Below are positions 25,466 through 37,273 of a DNA stretch of 64,000 nucleotides, piece by piece; position 1 is the stretch's first letter, and each line of letters opens with the position of its first letter. The notes under the pieces are model-generated. The model did no database searches. It had not been told where the DNA came from and saw only the letters and a list, made by a program, of their open reading frames with translations. The stretch is from positions 701,058 to 765,057 of the forward strand of contig MU053487.1 of assembly GCA_013239625.1 (NCBI GenBank), read 5' to 3'. The position numbers and the translations under genes were made by a program. The stretch is from Lama guanicoe (Eukaryota).

Positions 25466-26934
25466 CAGATTGAGTAATTTCTGTTGCTCTCTCTTCAAGT
25501 ATATTGATTCTTCTTTTATTTCATATCTGCTGTTCAGCCTTATAGTGAATGTTTTATTTTAGTTAACTGTACATTTTACATCCACAATCCAAAAAAAAAA
25601 AAAAACCTGTTGAGGTTGTCTCTTTGGATTATTCTCATTTTTTTCTTTAATTCCTTAAACATAATATCCTCTCATTCTTTGAATATACCTATAATAACTG
25701 CTTTGCAATTTTTGTCTGCTAAGTCCAACATCTGAGGACAACTCAGACAGTTTCTCTTTGTCTGCTTTTTTCCTGCATGTGGGTCATGCATTTCTGTTTC
25801 TTTTTGTGTCTCATAATTTTTTTTGTTGAAAACTTAAAATTTTTAGGTAACATAAAGTAGCAAATCTGGATTCTGATTTTTCCCCTGAGGGTTTTTGTTT
25901 GTTTAGTAACTTTCCTATGAAATCTGTCTCCCTTGAGGTATGTGGCTGGTGATGTCTTTCTTTGCTCACTTAAAAATATAAATAAAATAAATATAAACTG
26001 ATATCTCAATATATTATTTTAAAGCCTGGCTTCCTAGGGGTTGTCCTTATGTCTACATTGCTTAGTGACCAGCCAATGGTTCTTCAGAGGTTGTGTTCAT
26101 ACATCTTTAACTGGGAAGTGTTCCACTCAGTGCTGATGACTCTGTGTGTTGTTTTGAGAATGCATCGAAAGTTCAGGCAGTTTAAAGTGTGTCCTAGCAT
26201 TTACTCTTTGTAAGGCTCCCTCTGGTCTCTCCTGTACATACATGCCAACTCCAGATCAGCCAGAGATATGTGGGAAGATTGTTGGATGCCTCTGTGAGTG
26301 CTCATTTCTTGTATTTCCCTATTAAATCTCTGGCTAGTCCTCTAGTCTGATGTTTGCTCCAAATAGGACCACCACCTCAGACTGTTGTAATGAATGACCT
26401 TCCTTTTTTGTTCATCACTGAGATTGCTGCTTATAATTCACTGAGTATCAGATTTTCACTCTAGCTGCAAGTTAAGTCATCCCTTTCTGGCAGTGAAACT
26501 TGGTAATACAGTTTGCTGCCTCTATTAGAATGACTATGCTAACTGATCTGAGAGGGTGAGGGAGGTTGATGGAATCAGCCCCGGGCAAGTATGTTGCAGT
26601 TCCCACTGTTCTTCCCCAAAATCACTAGTTTCTTATGAGCAAATCTTCTCAGTTTGTTATATTCTTTTGGTTGATTTCCAGGGTCCTGATGTAGCTATTT
26701 TGTTAATATTGTCCATTATTTTAGTTGCTTTCGGGAAGAGGATTTGGTGACCTCCTCTTCTCATGCCAGAGGGCCCTCCTTTCCTCGATTATTTTTGTAT
26801 CCTGAGGAACTAAAAAGAGTTCTCAATCTATAATAATTGACCTTGGATGTTAAAAATCTGATTTTCCGTAAATATCTGATTTGCCAGGTAAATATCTTAG
26901 GACAAGAGTTTGCCTTCAAAGAAAAAATAACATT

Positions 26935-27500
26935 GAGCCTCTCTAAACCACCCTCTACTAAACCATTTGACTACATTAACTGATGTAATTATGTAATTTA
27001 ATTAAATAGTATGTAAAACAGTGAACACTGGGTATGAAAAGAGAGCTGTTTCTATGAAAACAAAATTGCATACTTTGAAAAGAGTCAGTAAATGTGAGTT
27101 GCTAAAAATTGCTATTGAATTAGGTATGGGTGAGACAATTATAAATGATTGCAGGGGAACAGAAAAATTTGGAAGGATTTTGTGTTCAAATTACCGCATA
27201 ATGGTCCTTAAAATTTTCCTTTGCTTTAAAGAAATGGAAACTGGAAATTGCAGATGTGAGTTATGAACGTGGCTTTTGAAGAAAAATGATGGAGAACTTT
27301 TACCAATGTTCAAATATTCAAAGAAAACATCTTAAGCCAACATAAAAAGTTAGCAGAAAAAAGCATGTTTATATTTTGTTTCAATAAACTATTGAGGGTG
27401 TTATGCATCACTTTTATTTTAATGATTCCCTGCTTTAGCTAAATTTTTGATGAATGAAATTATCACCTGTCCCAATCAGAAAAATGGTTTCTCTACTCTT
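26935..27500 (+). mobile_element. TcMar-Tigger/pogo-like DNA transposon fossil with transposase N-terminal HTH remnant
   Basis: Translation KRAVSMKTKLHTLKRVSKCELLKIAIELGMGETIIND resembles the psq-type HTH of pogo/Tigger/CENP-B-family transposases; frameshifted afterwards; ends approximate. Confidence 0.6.
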
Positions 27501-28051
27501 CGTTTGCTCAGAGACCTAGGGAGATCTTAGGCTGGCTGCTGGCTCTATGTCTGGGATCCTCCACAGACTCTGTAGTTGACCGCTTGAGTTAGTTCAAAGC
27601 TCACCCCTCCACCTCCCACTCCACAGTGCAGGGAAAGAAGTAGATTTGGGTGAGGACCCTGGGTAGTTTGGAGCCATTGTGACAGCCTGGGAATCTTCAG
27701 AGAGATGAGAAAAGAACTTCAGGCTCTTTCACCTGTTTGGAAACTCTTGGTGCTTCCATGTTGACAGAGGCTGCTCCTGATCCCATCCTGAGAAGGCCCA
27801 GAAGTAAGCAGCTTTATACCTTAGGGCCAAATAGTATCATTTCCTTGACTGTCAAGGGGACAGTTACGAATATGCTGATGAATTGATTCTGATGCATACA
27901 ATGGGGGAAAGAAATACTCACATCTGTCCCCATTTGTATTCATCAGAATTTATCCATCCCATGTTCCATTTCCTTGGCTAATCCGAAAACACATTCACAT
28001 TGAGACATTATTGAGAAGTTAGGGAAGATCGTCCTAACATCTTTGTTTTTG

Positions 28052-28792
28052 TTTTTTTTTTGTTTGTTTGTTTGTTTTTGGTGGCAGCTGGTTTATTAAG
28101 CTGTACCTTAGTATAGGCGCTGGGGCTTGCTCATGGTGATCTTAATTTACAAAGCCTGGACATTCTGCCAATTTTTCTTGAGCAATGACACCAGGAAATT
28201 GACAGCTAAGTGAATGTTATACATAAGCTCATCATCTGTCATTTTCACATGGCCAACAGCCACTGCCAGACACAACACCTTCTTCATCTGGAACTTGATT
28301 GTGGACTTCACTTCATCAACTTTGGCTACCATATTCTCATTGTGGGTCAGCAAAGAAGGGAACTTGCCAGCCTTACTCAGACCTGGGCCCACGATTCTTG
28401 GGATCTGCTTGATCAGAGACTCTGAAGCCAAAAAGGCTTCATACTTCTTGGCCAGCTTCTTAACTAGTTTCTTATTCTTGTTGAGCTTCTTCAGAGCCTT
28501 GATGTCCTTGTGGGGGGTATCCACAGCCTTGGCCTCATCACAATGCTGCTGGTCTCCCAGAACGCATGCGGAGAGCTTGGGGCAGGGAGTGGACTTCAGC
28601 CTGACGGTGCCCGAGAAGCGTTTGTCCTTCTGAGGGTCATTGTTCTTCAGGCTGATCTGAAGTTCCACTGTCTTCAAAAACTTCTGGCGCTTGCGCTGGT
28701 TCCCGTGCAGGGCTTGCTGCACCGTCTCGTACAGGGTGTTGCAGGAGACCTTGCTGCTCACGATGCCTTGCCCTGCGAAAACTGGAAAAGAG
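28052..28792 (-). pseudogene. RPL10A: Processed pseudogene (retrocopy) of 60S ribosomal protein L10a (uL1)
   Basis: Intronless 218-codon frame 28761-28108 colinear with RPL10A (…SSKVS…[10 protein letters not shown]…[13 protein letters not shown]…KPQRLY*). ATG>GTG at 28761-28759; premature TAA at codon 205 (28149-28147); AATAAA 28097-28092; A-rich tail 28079-28052; 5'TOP CTCTTTTCC from 28792; 16-bp TSD aac(a/g)tctttgtttttg at 28036-28051 and 28793-28808. Confidence 0.97.
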
Positions 28793-30188
28793 AACGTCTT
28801 TGTTTTTGAATAGACAGATTTTTTAAAGACGGAAAGGGATAACATGAATATGGGGTTTTAGGTCCTGATATTAGTTGATAGGGGAGAAAATTTTAGGTTG
28901 GCAAGACTTAGTGATACTCAAATCATATTACAGAGAAGCTGTTCAGTTTGTTTGGACTCCAGACCAAGGCAGAGCTAGCTGCAGTGGCCACCATAACAAG
29001 AATGAGGCTCAGAGAAAGAGTGTAAGATTGTAATACTCTTGAAAATCTGGTTATTTTGGTAATGGAGTGAGAGATCCTTGGAAACTTTTTATGTTTTGTT
29101 AAAAGGATTGTGCTTATTGTAAGCTGTACATACACATCCATTAAAAAAAACGTGGCAAGGGCAGAATTTTAGAGTTCCTTGCCTTACGGAAAATCTCATG
29201 GTTTAGCTGAAATAAACTTGGTGCTTTTTATTAGCTTGTTGAGCCTAGATTTAGGTCTTGATTCTCACACTTTTGTCCACAGTGGGGAAACCAACAAAGT
29301 GACCTTACGAGGACATTGTGATCACTGTCCCTCCAGAGATACTTGGCTTGGGAGAAAAATCTTAAATAAGGGTGCTGAGATCCTGGAGGGCTTATGGCTC
29401 TTTAGAAGGGTGGAAGTTTGGCATGAAATTTGTTTGAGAGCAGTGGACCAAGAAAATCTTAAGTTTTCTGTTGAGAATCAGAGCAGGGCCTTTCTGCATC
29501 ATGGGGCAGAGTGGAAAAGAGAAATGGTTTGACTTACCTTTCACCTCCTGCCTCATTCTGTATTGCCCCAATCCTTCCTTTCTAGGCTTGTTGCACAATT
29601 ACCCAATGAAGATGGAGTGGGAAGAGCCAGGAGAAGAGAGGGAGGTGCATGGGCTCCTTTGGAATGAGTTTTCCTCCCTCCCTCTGAAAATGAGAGACTT
29701 CCCTCAAAGGAAACAATGCCATTTCCCCTACTCTCGCCCCACCCTGTCTGAAACCTGCCTTCTCCCAAGCAGCACCCCATCACCCCCTTGCTTTGTTTGT
29801 GTTTCCCTTCTGGCTTGTTATTGATAGAAGGTGTATTTATTCTCTTTCTCTGTCTAGCTGTCTCCCTCTTCCTTTTTCTCTCTTTAGGTTCTGGCTCTCG
29901 TCTGGTCCTGCTGAGAGAACATAATACCGTCTTATTTGTGGCTTTGCAGTCATTTCCATGGCAACCGACCCATGGCCCAGGTATGAGCCTGTGCCTTCGC
30001 TGTAGGACTGTGCAAGAGAAAAGGCCTTTATTAAGGCTGAGTGCCAGCAGGTTCCCTCCCGCAGTCCTTGCCCTGGGAGGAACTTCTGCAGGAATCAAAG
30101 GAGGGAGACATGAATCAAAAGCAGGTTCCCAGCTTTCTCAAAATTTCCCCAGCGTAAGTGAAACGTGCGCAGCCCAGCGCACATACAA

Positions 30189-30248
30189 GTGCGCGTGTGT
30201 ACGCATGCATGTGCACTCGCGGACACACACACACACACACACACACAC
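30189..30248. repeat. Alternating purine-pyrimidine tract plus (AC)13
   Basis: gtgcgcgtgtgtacgcatgcatgtgcac (30189-30216) followed by (AC)13 at 30223-30248. Confidence 0.9.
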
Positions 30249-31894
30249 CCCGCTTCTATTTCTGGACCTTCAACCACAGAGCATTTTTTCCTTTGAAGGG
30301 ACTCAGCTTTGTCGTTGTGGCCTTGAACAAAAGCTTGTGTTTAAGATGAGAGGTGGGCTCCTATGTATAGGATGGTGATGGGGAAGGGGAGGTGGGGAGG
30401 GCTACAGCAAGGACAGAGATGGATAAAAGGTCACGAAAGGGGTGATGTGGGAATCAGGAAGAAATTTTAGAGCCCCTAACTCAGTGACTAGAGAGACACA
30501 GGGAGAAAAGAGGGTTTCAACTGAGGAATTCTTAACACAGAAGCTCAGAATGTGTTCATTATTGTGCAGTGTGACTTATGCACAATAAAATAATATGAAA
30601 TAGCATGGAAGCCTGATATCTCTCCTTAATCATCTCTCTTGTCTCTTTTCTATCCTTTTTCTGCGAATCTCTTATTTTTGTTCTATTCCACTTTAGTTTG
30701 GGTCAAGGGAATACCATTTTGGGAAGATGGAAGAAAAATCCTAGTCCAGTTCCTAAAGCTCCCCTTTCTGCCTCTGTCTTCCCTTCCACCAGAGCTCTTG
30801 AATTCAGATAAAGCAAAAACATGGGAAGGAGTCTTTTGCTGATTGCTCCCAAGAATTGTCTGCTCATTGAAAACAGTCTAGAGCAAGAGGGTAGTCTGGA
30901 TTTGTGTTATAACCAGGATGAGTTAATCTTTATTAAGCAGATGTATAGAGGACCAGCTCATCTAGTCTCCAACATCTCCACAGCCATCCGCTCCCCATCT
31001 CCTTTATTGATCTTCCTGTCTAAATGAGTGCTTCTAAACTCGGTGGGAGTTTTCCAATTATATAAAAGACAATTCATGTCGCCTGCTGCCTCTGTGCTGC
31101 ACTAACAGCCCCAAACCAAGAGAGCATATTCAAGACTTCTTGGCAGAACAACCTGCTTTAATCAAGGCGGCCCCCTCCGGAGCACCTTCATCTGCAGGAC
31201 GTTTCTCTTAATATGTGGAGGCTTTCTTTGGAGGTGGAGAAAAATGGGCTCTTTCTCCAGGAGTGGGATTTCAAGGTGAGCTGTGTCGTTAGTGAAGAAG
31301 ATGCCGCACTCGCTCCCTGGGCTGGGGTTGTAGAAAAGGCAGCTTGGCAATTATTTTTGAGTCAATCAATAAGTCCTGCTAGGAGCTCTGACTTTGGACC
31401 TACACAGCTTCCTAGGGGATCCTCCTGTCTCTTGATGAGTCAGAGCTTGGGTAGCACAGTGTTCTAAGGGCTCTACCTACTGCAGGAGGGTTGAAGAGAG
31501 AATGGGGGGTGGGGGTCACAGTCCATTCTAAGATGTGTGTCATTGTCCATTGGTGAAGGTGGGTGGCCCAAAGCCTGGACATCAGCAGGGGCCTCCTATG
31601 ACCCACTGTAGCTGGTTCAACCCTTCTGCTTGAGATCAGGGTCCTTTCTGCAAGGCAGCCTCATTTATCCTGCCTCTTAACTGTCTTTATTCTGACCTAG
31701 CTCGTCTTCCACATAACCAGGTCACCATATTTTCTGACTTTTAGTCCTCCTTTTCTTCTTACCTTAAAAAGCTGCCCCCACCTGAGAAAGTGAAGACTTT
31801 CTCAGCCATCATCTTTCTCCTTACTCTAGATTCCTTTCTCATTGTTAATACTGTCTTGCTTATTCCTTAGTTACTAATTAGAACAACTCTCCTT

Positions 31895-32077
31895 TATTAA
31901 TACTGTCCCTGTGCCAGGCACTGGGCTGGGTGGTTCATACACAATGAACAAAGTCAAAGCTCACAACATTACTATGGAGTAGGTGCTATTAGTACCCCTA
32001 TTTTACCAGTAAGGAAACTGAGGCTAAGCACCTTGCTCCAGGGCATGTAAACATTTGGATCCACATCTGTGTGATTT
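31895..32077 (-). mobile_element. MIR SINE
   Basis: tgtgccaggcactgggct...ccctattttaccagtaaggaaactgaggct is the antisense MIR core. Confidence 0.75.
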
Positions 32078-32093
32078 CCAAATGCTTAGATTT

Positions 32094-32602
32094 AAAAAAA
32101 ATTTTTATTGAAGTGTAGTTGATTTACAATGTTAGTTTCAGATGTACATCAGAGTGATTCAGTTATACGTATACATACATACATATTTTCTTTTCAGATT
32201 CTTTTCCATTATATGTTATTACGAGTAATTGAATATAGTTCCTTGTGCTATTTTGTAGGCCCTTGTTGTTTATTAATTTTATATGTGGTAGTGTGTATCT
32301 GTTAATCCCAAACTCCTAATTTATCCCTCCTCTCCCATTCCTTTCCCTTTTGGTAACCATAGTTTGTTTTCTATTTCTGTTAGTCTGTTTTTGGTTTGTA
32401 AACAGAATTTGTATCATTTTATTTTAGATTCCACATATGAGTGATATTTGTCTTTCTCTGTCTGACTTACTTCACTCAGTATAATAATCTCTTGATCCAT
32501 CCATGCTGCTGCAAATGGCATTATTTCCTTCTTTTTTATGGCTGAATAATATTCCATTGTGTCTTTATCCAGTGATCTATTGATGGACATTTAGGTTATT
32601 TC
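32094..32602 (-). mobile_element. 5'-truncated L1 3' end with TSD
   Basis: L1 3'UTR/ORF2-end antisense; perfect 16-bp TSD ccaaatgcttagattt at 32078-32093 and 32603-32618. Confidence 0.9.
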
Positions 32603-34534
32603 CCAAATGCTTAGATTTTACCATGCATGGACAAGGATGAATGATAATCATAATGGAAATGAAAATAAGTTATTTGCTTTTGAAGCCACATGGCAAGATC
32701 ATGGGGGCTCGCCATAAGGCTTAGCAACAATGATCTTTGGCTCTGAGGTTGAGTCATTTCCCAGATAGAATGACTTGGGCCCCAGTCCCCTCTGTCTCTA
32801 AAGCACCTGCACTTTTATTGGAGACCAGGAAGCTTTCCTATAGCTATTGTGGGTGCAGACTTTGTGTCAGGGTCTGGGGACCCCATTTGGCAGGGACCAG
32901 AGGAGGTCTGGTTGGACTCTGATTGGCAGAGGATTTGTTCCTCTTAGGTGCTGTGGTTTCTAAAGGAAAAGCCCTGGCTCCTTAGACTTGCTTATAGCTC
33001 CCTCTCTCTCAAGGAACTTGGGCCAAATACTGCCCTCAAAAATGGCCATCTCTGCCAAACTTAAACCAGTGTTTCAGGAAAAAGCCCAGACTCCTCCATT
33101 GAATTCTCCCCTCCCTCTAGACAAGTCCCTTCTCCTATTTATATTTCTCTTAAGGACAGGAGACATCTTTGTTCTTTCCCTTATTTTCAAGAATCTTCAA
33201 TCTGGAGTTCACACATCAATCCCCCAAATTGTCCTTTGCCATGCTTCCTAGGAGGGTAGGTAGATTTTGTGAAAAGAAGTTTTTTGACAGCTAGTGCAGG
33301 GAAGTCAGACCTATCAAGTCTGGTGTGATGATTAGATGTGATGATTAGTCTTCTTCCCTACTTTCACTTCAAGAGTATCATCTCGGTTGGCTTGACAGGT
33401 TGTTGAAGGTAGGGGAGGTATAGCAGTCTCTCCCATAGCTACCACAGTCCTGAGCACTGGGCTTGGAGATGTTCAGTAGCCATGGTCCACATTGGTGCAT
33501 TGTGAACTGAGTCAATCTGGTGGCTAAGATATGGGTGTGGCAGGAGGTCACTGACAGAAGAGGGCTGTGCCGGTGAGCATCTCTCTCTTCCCTCCATTCT
33601 GGCTCCTGGCTCACTGTTTGCATAATGCGGTCTGGCTGTGCTGTGTCTGGACCCCCAGAGGAGTGGGCTGTCTCCGTGAGCCCCCCTGCTTCCGTCATTT
33701 CTCCCTCTCCCTCTCACAGCAGAAGCTCGGAGGAGAGGCTCAGCTTGGTTCCCACTTGCCTGTGTGGTTTGGGTGGAAAATGCTAGGTCCTTCTCTGACC
33801 CACACTGTCAGTGTGAGGTGAGCTGGATGCTGAGGAGTAGACACCTTTAGAATACTGAATTTCTGGGTCTTGACTTCTCAGCGGTGGTCTCTTCTCTCCT
33901 GTCACACACTGTCACAGCATCATTTCAGCTCCACCTGGGGAGGTAGAGATGGAGAATGATGGTGTTCAGAAGTCTAAGGCACCTGCTGCTCGGAATCACT
34001 GTGGAGCCACTGCAGAAGGCTCTGGAAAGAGGCACTTGACCTTCCTTTACATGAGAAGAGCGAAGAGCCAGGGATGAGTGTTGGAATTAGTGCCCATTCG
34101 AGCTGCAGGAATTCACCTTTGCTCTCTGGAAGAAAAGGAAGTGTTTGAAAATTCAATAAAGCTTCCTTTCATTATCAAACCCCAGCAGGACTTTATGATA
34201 ATTTTTATAACTTCTTCATTCCAAACTCTGGGTGCTTTGAAGGTTAATAACTTGTGTTTACAGAAACTTCCCTTCAAGGAACTCAGAGAGCTCTGTAGAC
34301 ATTATCTAATTCAGCAGCACCACAGGACCGAGGAACAGGGAACAGGAAGAGGATGAACAGACAAGATTATTCCAATTTAGGAGAACTGATAATATTAATA
34401 GCTCCAACAGGGAGTTTAAGTGAGTTTTAGAAAATCACAGAACAAGTTGTGAGCTATCCAGGAAGAGGTCTCTTCATTCCCCAGTGCTGGCAGCCTCAGA
34501 TCAGCATCTGGCTGGAGCGCTGTGAGGTGGGGGT

Positions 34535-34680
34535 GCTGGACCTCTCTGCCTCGGTTTCCTCATCTGTAAAATGGGACAATAAGCCCTACTTCTTGGTATT
34601 TTGTGGTATTTAGTGAGGTAGAGGAGTAATAGTACCAGCACAACGCTTAGCACATCAGCAGGGCTCCCTGAATATTATCT
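34535..34680 (+). mobile_element. MIR fragment
   Basis: ctctctgcctcggtttcctcatctgtaaaatgggacaataa is the MIR core. Confidence 0.75.
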
Positions 34681-36884
34681 CCCCCTCCTGTCTTCTGAGA
34701 GCCACGGAATATCTTGCTGGTGGGCTGGAGAGTGAACTACATATGTCGTACTCTGTTGCTCAACAGAGGACTAGGGATGCAGGAGGTTGTCTGGGGATGA
34801 GGGACCAGAGGTCACTTCTCTTCTCTGGAAACCCTCACAGCCATAAGGTACGGCCTAGTTCTGTGAGAAGACTGACACTTCCTCCCCAAAATCTGGAACA
34901 AGAGGAGCACAGATCCCCAAGTGAAAGTGAGATGGAGACTTGAAGCAATTTTAGAGTTAATAAGGGGTGAAAAAAGTGCCTCTGCTGGAGTTGTCTTTTG
35001 AGGGTTGAGTCATTTGTGGAGGTTTGTATTTCTCAGCAAGGTACACCGAACTTCCACTTTACTTTTGCTGAAAGAGGAAGCTTTTGCGAGAAGATGTTGG
35101 GCTGTGTATGATTTGGATTCCAGAGTGGCAGGAGATTCCCACTTTTAGAGCAGGACATGGCCTGGGAGATTTCTCTCCCAAGACCCATCTTGTTAGAATG
35201 AGTGATACCTGCACCCCTCTTTAAAAGCTGTGACCTTTGAGGGTCTTAAAGTCATATGGATGCAAGAAAAGGAAGTCCTCATCAAACTAAAAGATCCTAA
35301 AGGGCTTTCTGGCTGTCCTGGTGATTGACACATGTGGAGAACCAGGGCATGTACTGCTCTCACCAGGCCCCCACCACTGCACATTCTGACCAAGACTTGG
35401 GGAATAAAGAGAAGGATCCTTCTTTTGGTTCCTCCATCAGTTTCCTACTAATTTTAGGTCGTGTCCAACCATGGAAATTTATGGGATGACTGTGAGAGGT
35501 GAAAACTTTTGACTTGCATCCAGAGGTCTGAGGTCCCTTTGGTCCCCTCTACCTGAGCTCATCTGTCTTTGGCCTGAAAGGCTTTGGTAGACATCTTGCC
35601 ATCAGTGGTATTGCTTGGACTCACCTTCGCTTGTCCTACATCTTAGAGTAAGTGAATTTTGGACTTAAAACATGATTTGCATATGTCAACCAGTGAAAAG
35701 ACTAAGACAGACAGTGCCACGGAGAAGCAGAGGGTAGACTATCATTGGGTGGTTTTGGTGCTAAAGGGTGACTAGGAAGTGGCTGTCATGTTGCTTAATC
35801 TCAGTGCCAACTTATCTAAAAAGAATGTAGAATAACTCCCTCAGTTCAGTGGGAGCCATCCTCAACCACAACCATCTCACTGATACCACATTCTAAACCT
35901 GATGTAAATACAAAACAGGGTAAGCCCAATTTTATCTACTGATAACCAGGCCCTTCCTCTTCTCTATAGACTTTTATTAATATTCAAAGCTTAGAAGAGG
36001 AAGCAAATTTTCTGTGCATTCTCTAGCCTCATCTTGAAGTCACACAGATTGCTCCATCATCTCTCAAGACAAATTTCTTTCCAGGGTACCACCTGGAGAG
36101 TGATGAAAGCTGCCTTCCCTGGTTCTGAGCTGAGACCTTAGAGCCGGCCTGAAGGCTGTCCTGGGACACTTAACCTCTGATGTCTCAATTCCAGTAGTTT
36201 TAAATCTCAGCCATAAATGTTTCAGCAGTGTGCTTTCTTCCTGCACTGGGTATACGTTTTCGGTGATTTAATGATCCCATCCTGTGACCTAGTATTGCTA
36301 TTGTGGTCCAATGTGTAATCCTACATTTGCAGATGGGCTCCATTTTTCATTATTCTCCCAGGCTTTAACTGGGGAATATTTCATGGGAAAACATAAAGTA
36401 TAGGTGTTCAGGACTCATGCAGCAATTAGGAGGGAAACCCAAGTCACCATCCAACAGAGATGCCCTCCCAGGCTGGGAGTTGAGAGGAGGCTGGGTGAAG
36501 AGCATAACTTGACTCCTGGTTTAATGGGCACTAAGTTAGACCAAACTAAGTAGAATGAGTTGCAGAACCTATGAGATGGGTAGGGAGAAAAACCGTATGT
36601 GGTTCAAGACCAGTGATTTTGAGGGGGCTCTGGCAAAACTGCTGGCCAGTGGGTGTGGCCAAGGTTGGTTGCCAGGTCACAGGCTCCTAGTCTTACTGAT
36701 CAGGGAGAATCATTCCAGGCATATCTGTCTGCCTAGTGCTTTGCTAGACCTTGGGCTGCCATGTACCTGTGTGCCCTCCTGATAAGTCGGGTCTCTCTGA
36801 CTCAGAGACCACTGACTTTTTCTGATGGGGAGAGATTCCCAAGGCCAGACACATGTGAGGACTCCTCCCTCCCTACTAGTTCTT

Positions 36885-37273
36885 TTTTTTTTCCCCTGTA
36901 ATTTCAGGGTTATTTATTTATTTTTAGTTGGAAGTATAGTCAGTTTATAATTATATGTCAGTTTCTGGTGTACAGCATTATGTTTCAGTCATACATACAC
37001 ATACATATATTCCTTTTCATATTCTTTTTCATTTTCACTATAGGTTACCAGAAGATATTGAATATAGTTCCCAAACTCCCAATTTATCCCTTCCCATCCC
37101 CTTCCCCGCTCTGGTAACCGTAAGTTTGTTTTCTATGTCTGTGATTCTGTTTCTGTTTTGTAAATAAGTTCATTTGAATCTTTTTTTTTTATAGGTTCCA
37201 CATATGAGTGATATATGGTATTGTTCTTTCTCTTTCTGCCTTACTTCACTTAGAATAACAATCTCCAGGTCTC
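36885..37273 (-). mobile_element. 5'-truncated young L1 3'UTR with TSD
   Basis: Poly(T) plus L1 3'UTR antisense; TSD actagttctt at 36875-36884 and 37274-37283. Confidence 0.85.

Larger units (their letters stand above)
20950..26760 (-). mobile_element. Cluster of old L1 fragments hosting younger L1 and SINE insertions
   Basis: T-rich L1 antisense sequence throughout (e.g. 23470-24560 ttgaaggtataatttacatac...tttttgtggacatatgttttcatttctctt). Confidence 0.65.

Noticed and set aside
28210..28809. Plus-strand ORFs overlapping the retrocopy
   Set aside because: Antisense shadows of the RPL10A coding frame.
28147..28845. 232-aa ORF as a functional RPL10A gene
   Set aside because: Intronless, has TSD and poly(A), native ATG lost, premature stop at codon 205, and many substitutions in a normally near-invariant protein.
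29553..30378. 181-aa and 196-aa overlapping ORFs
   Set aside because: They run through CT-rich and (AC)n low-complexity DNA, show no recognisable domain, and the 196-aa one has a non-ATG start.
33323..33348. Short tandem duplications (also ~38539, ~41521, ~46670, ~48546, ~55245)
   Set aside because: Two-copy 9-13 bp slippage duplications are common and show no array or spacer structure.
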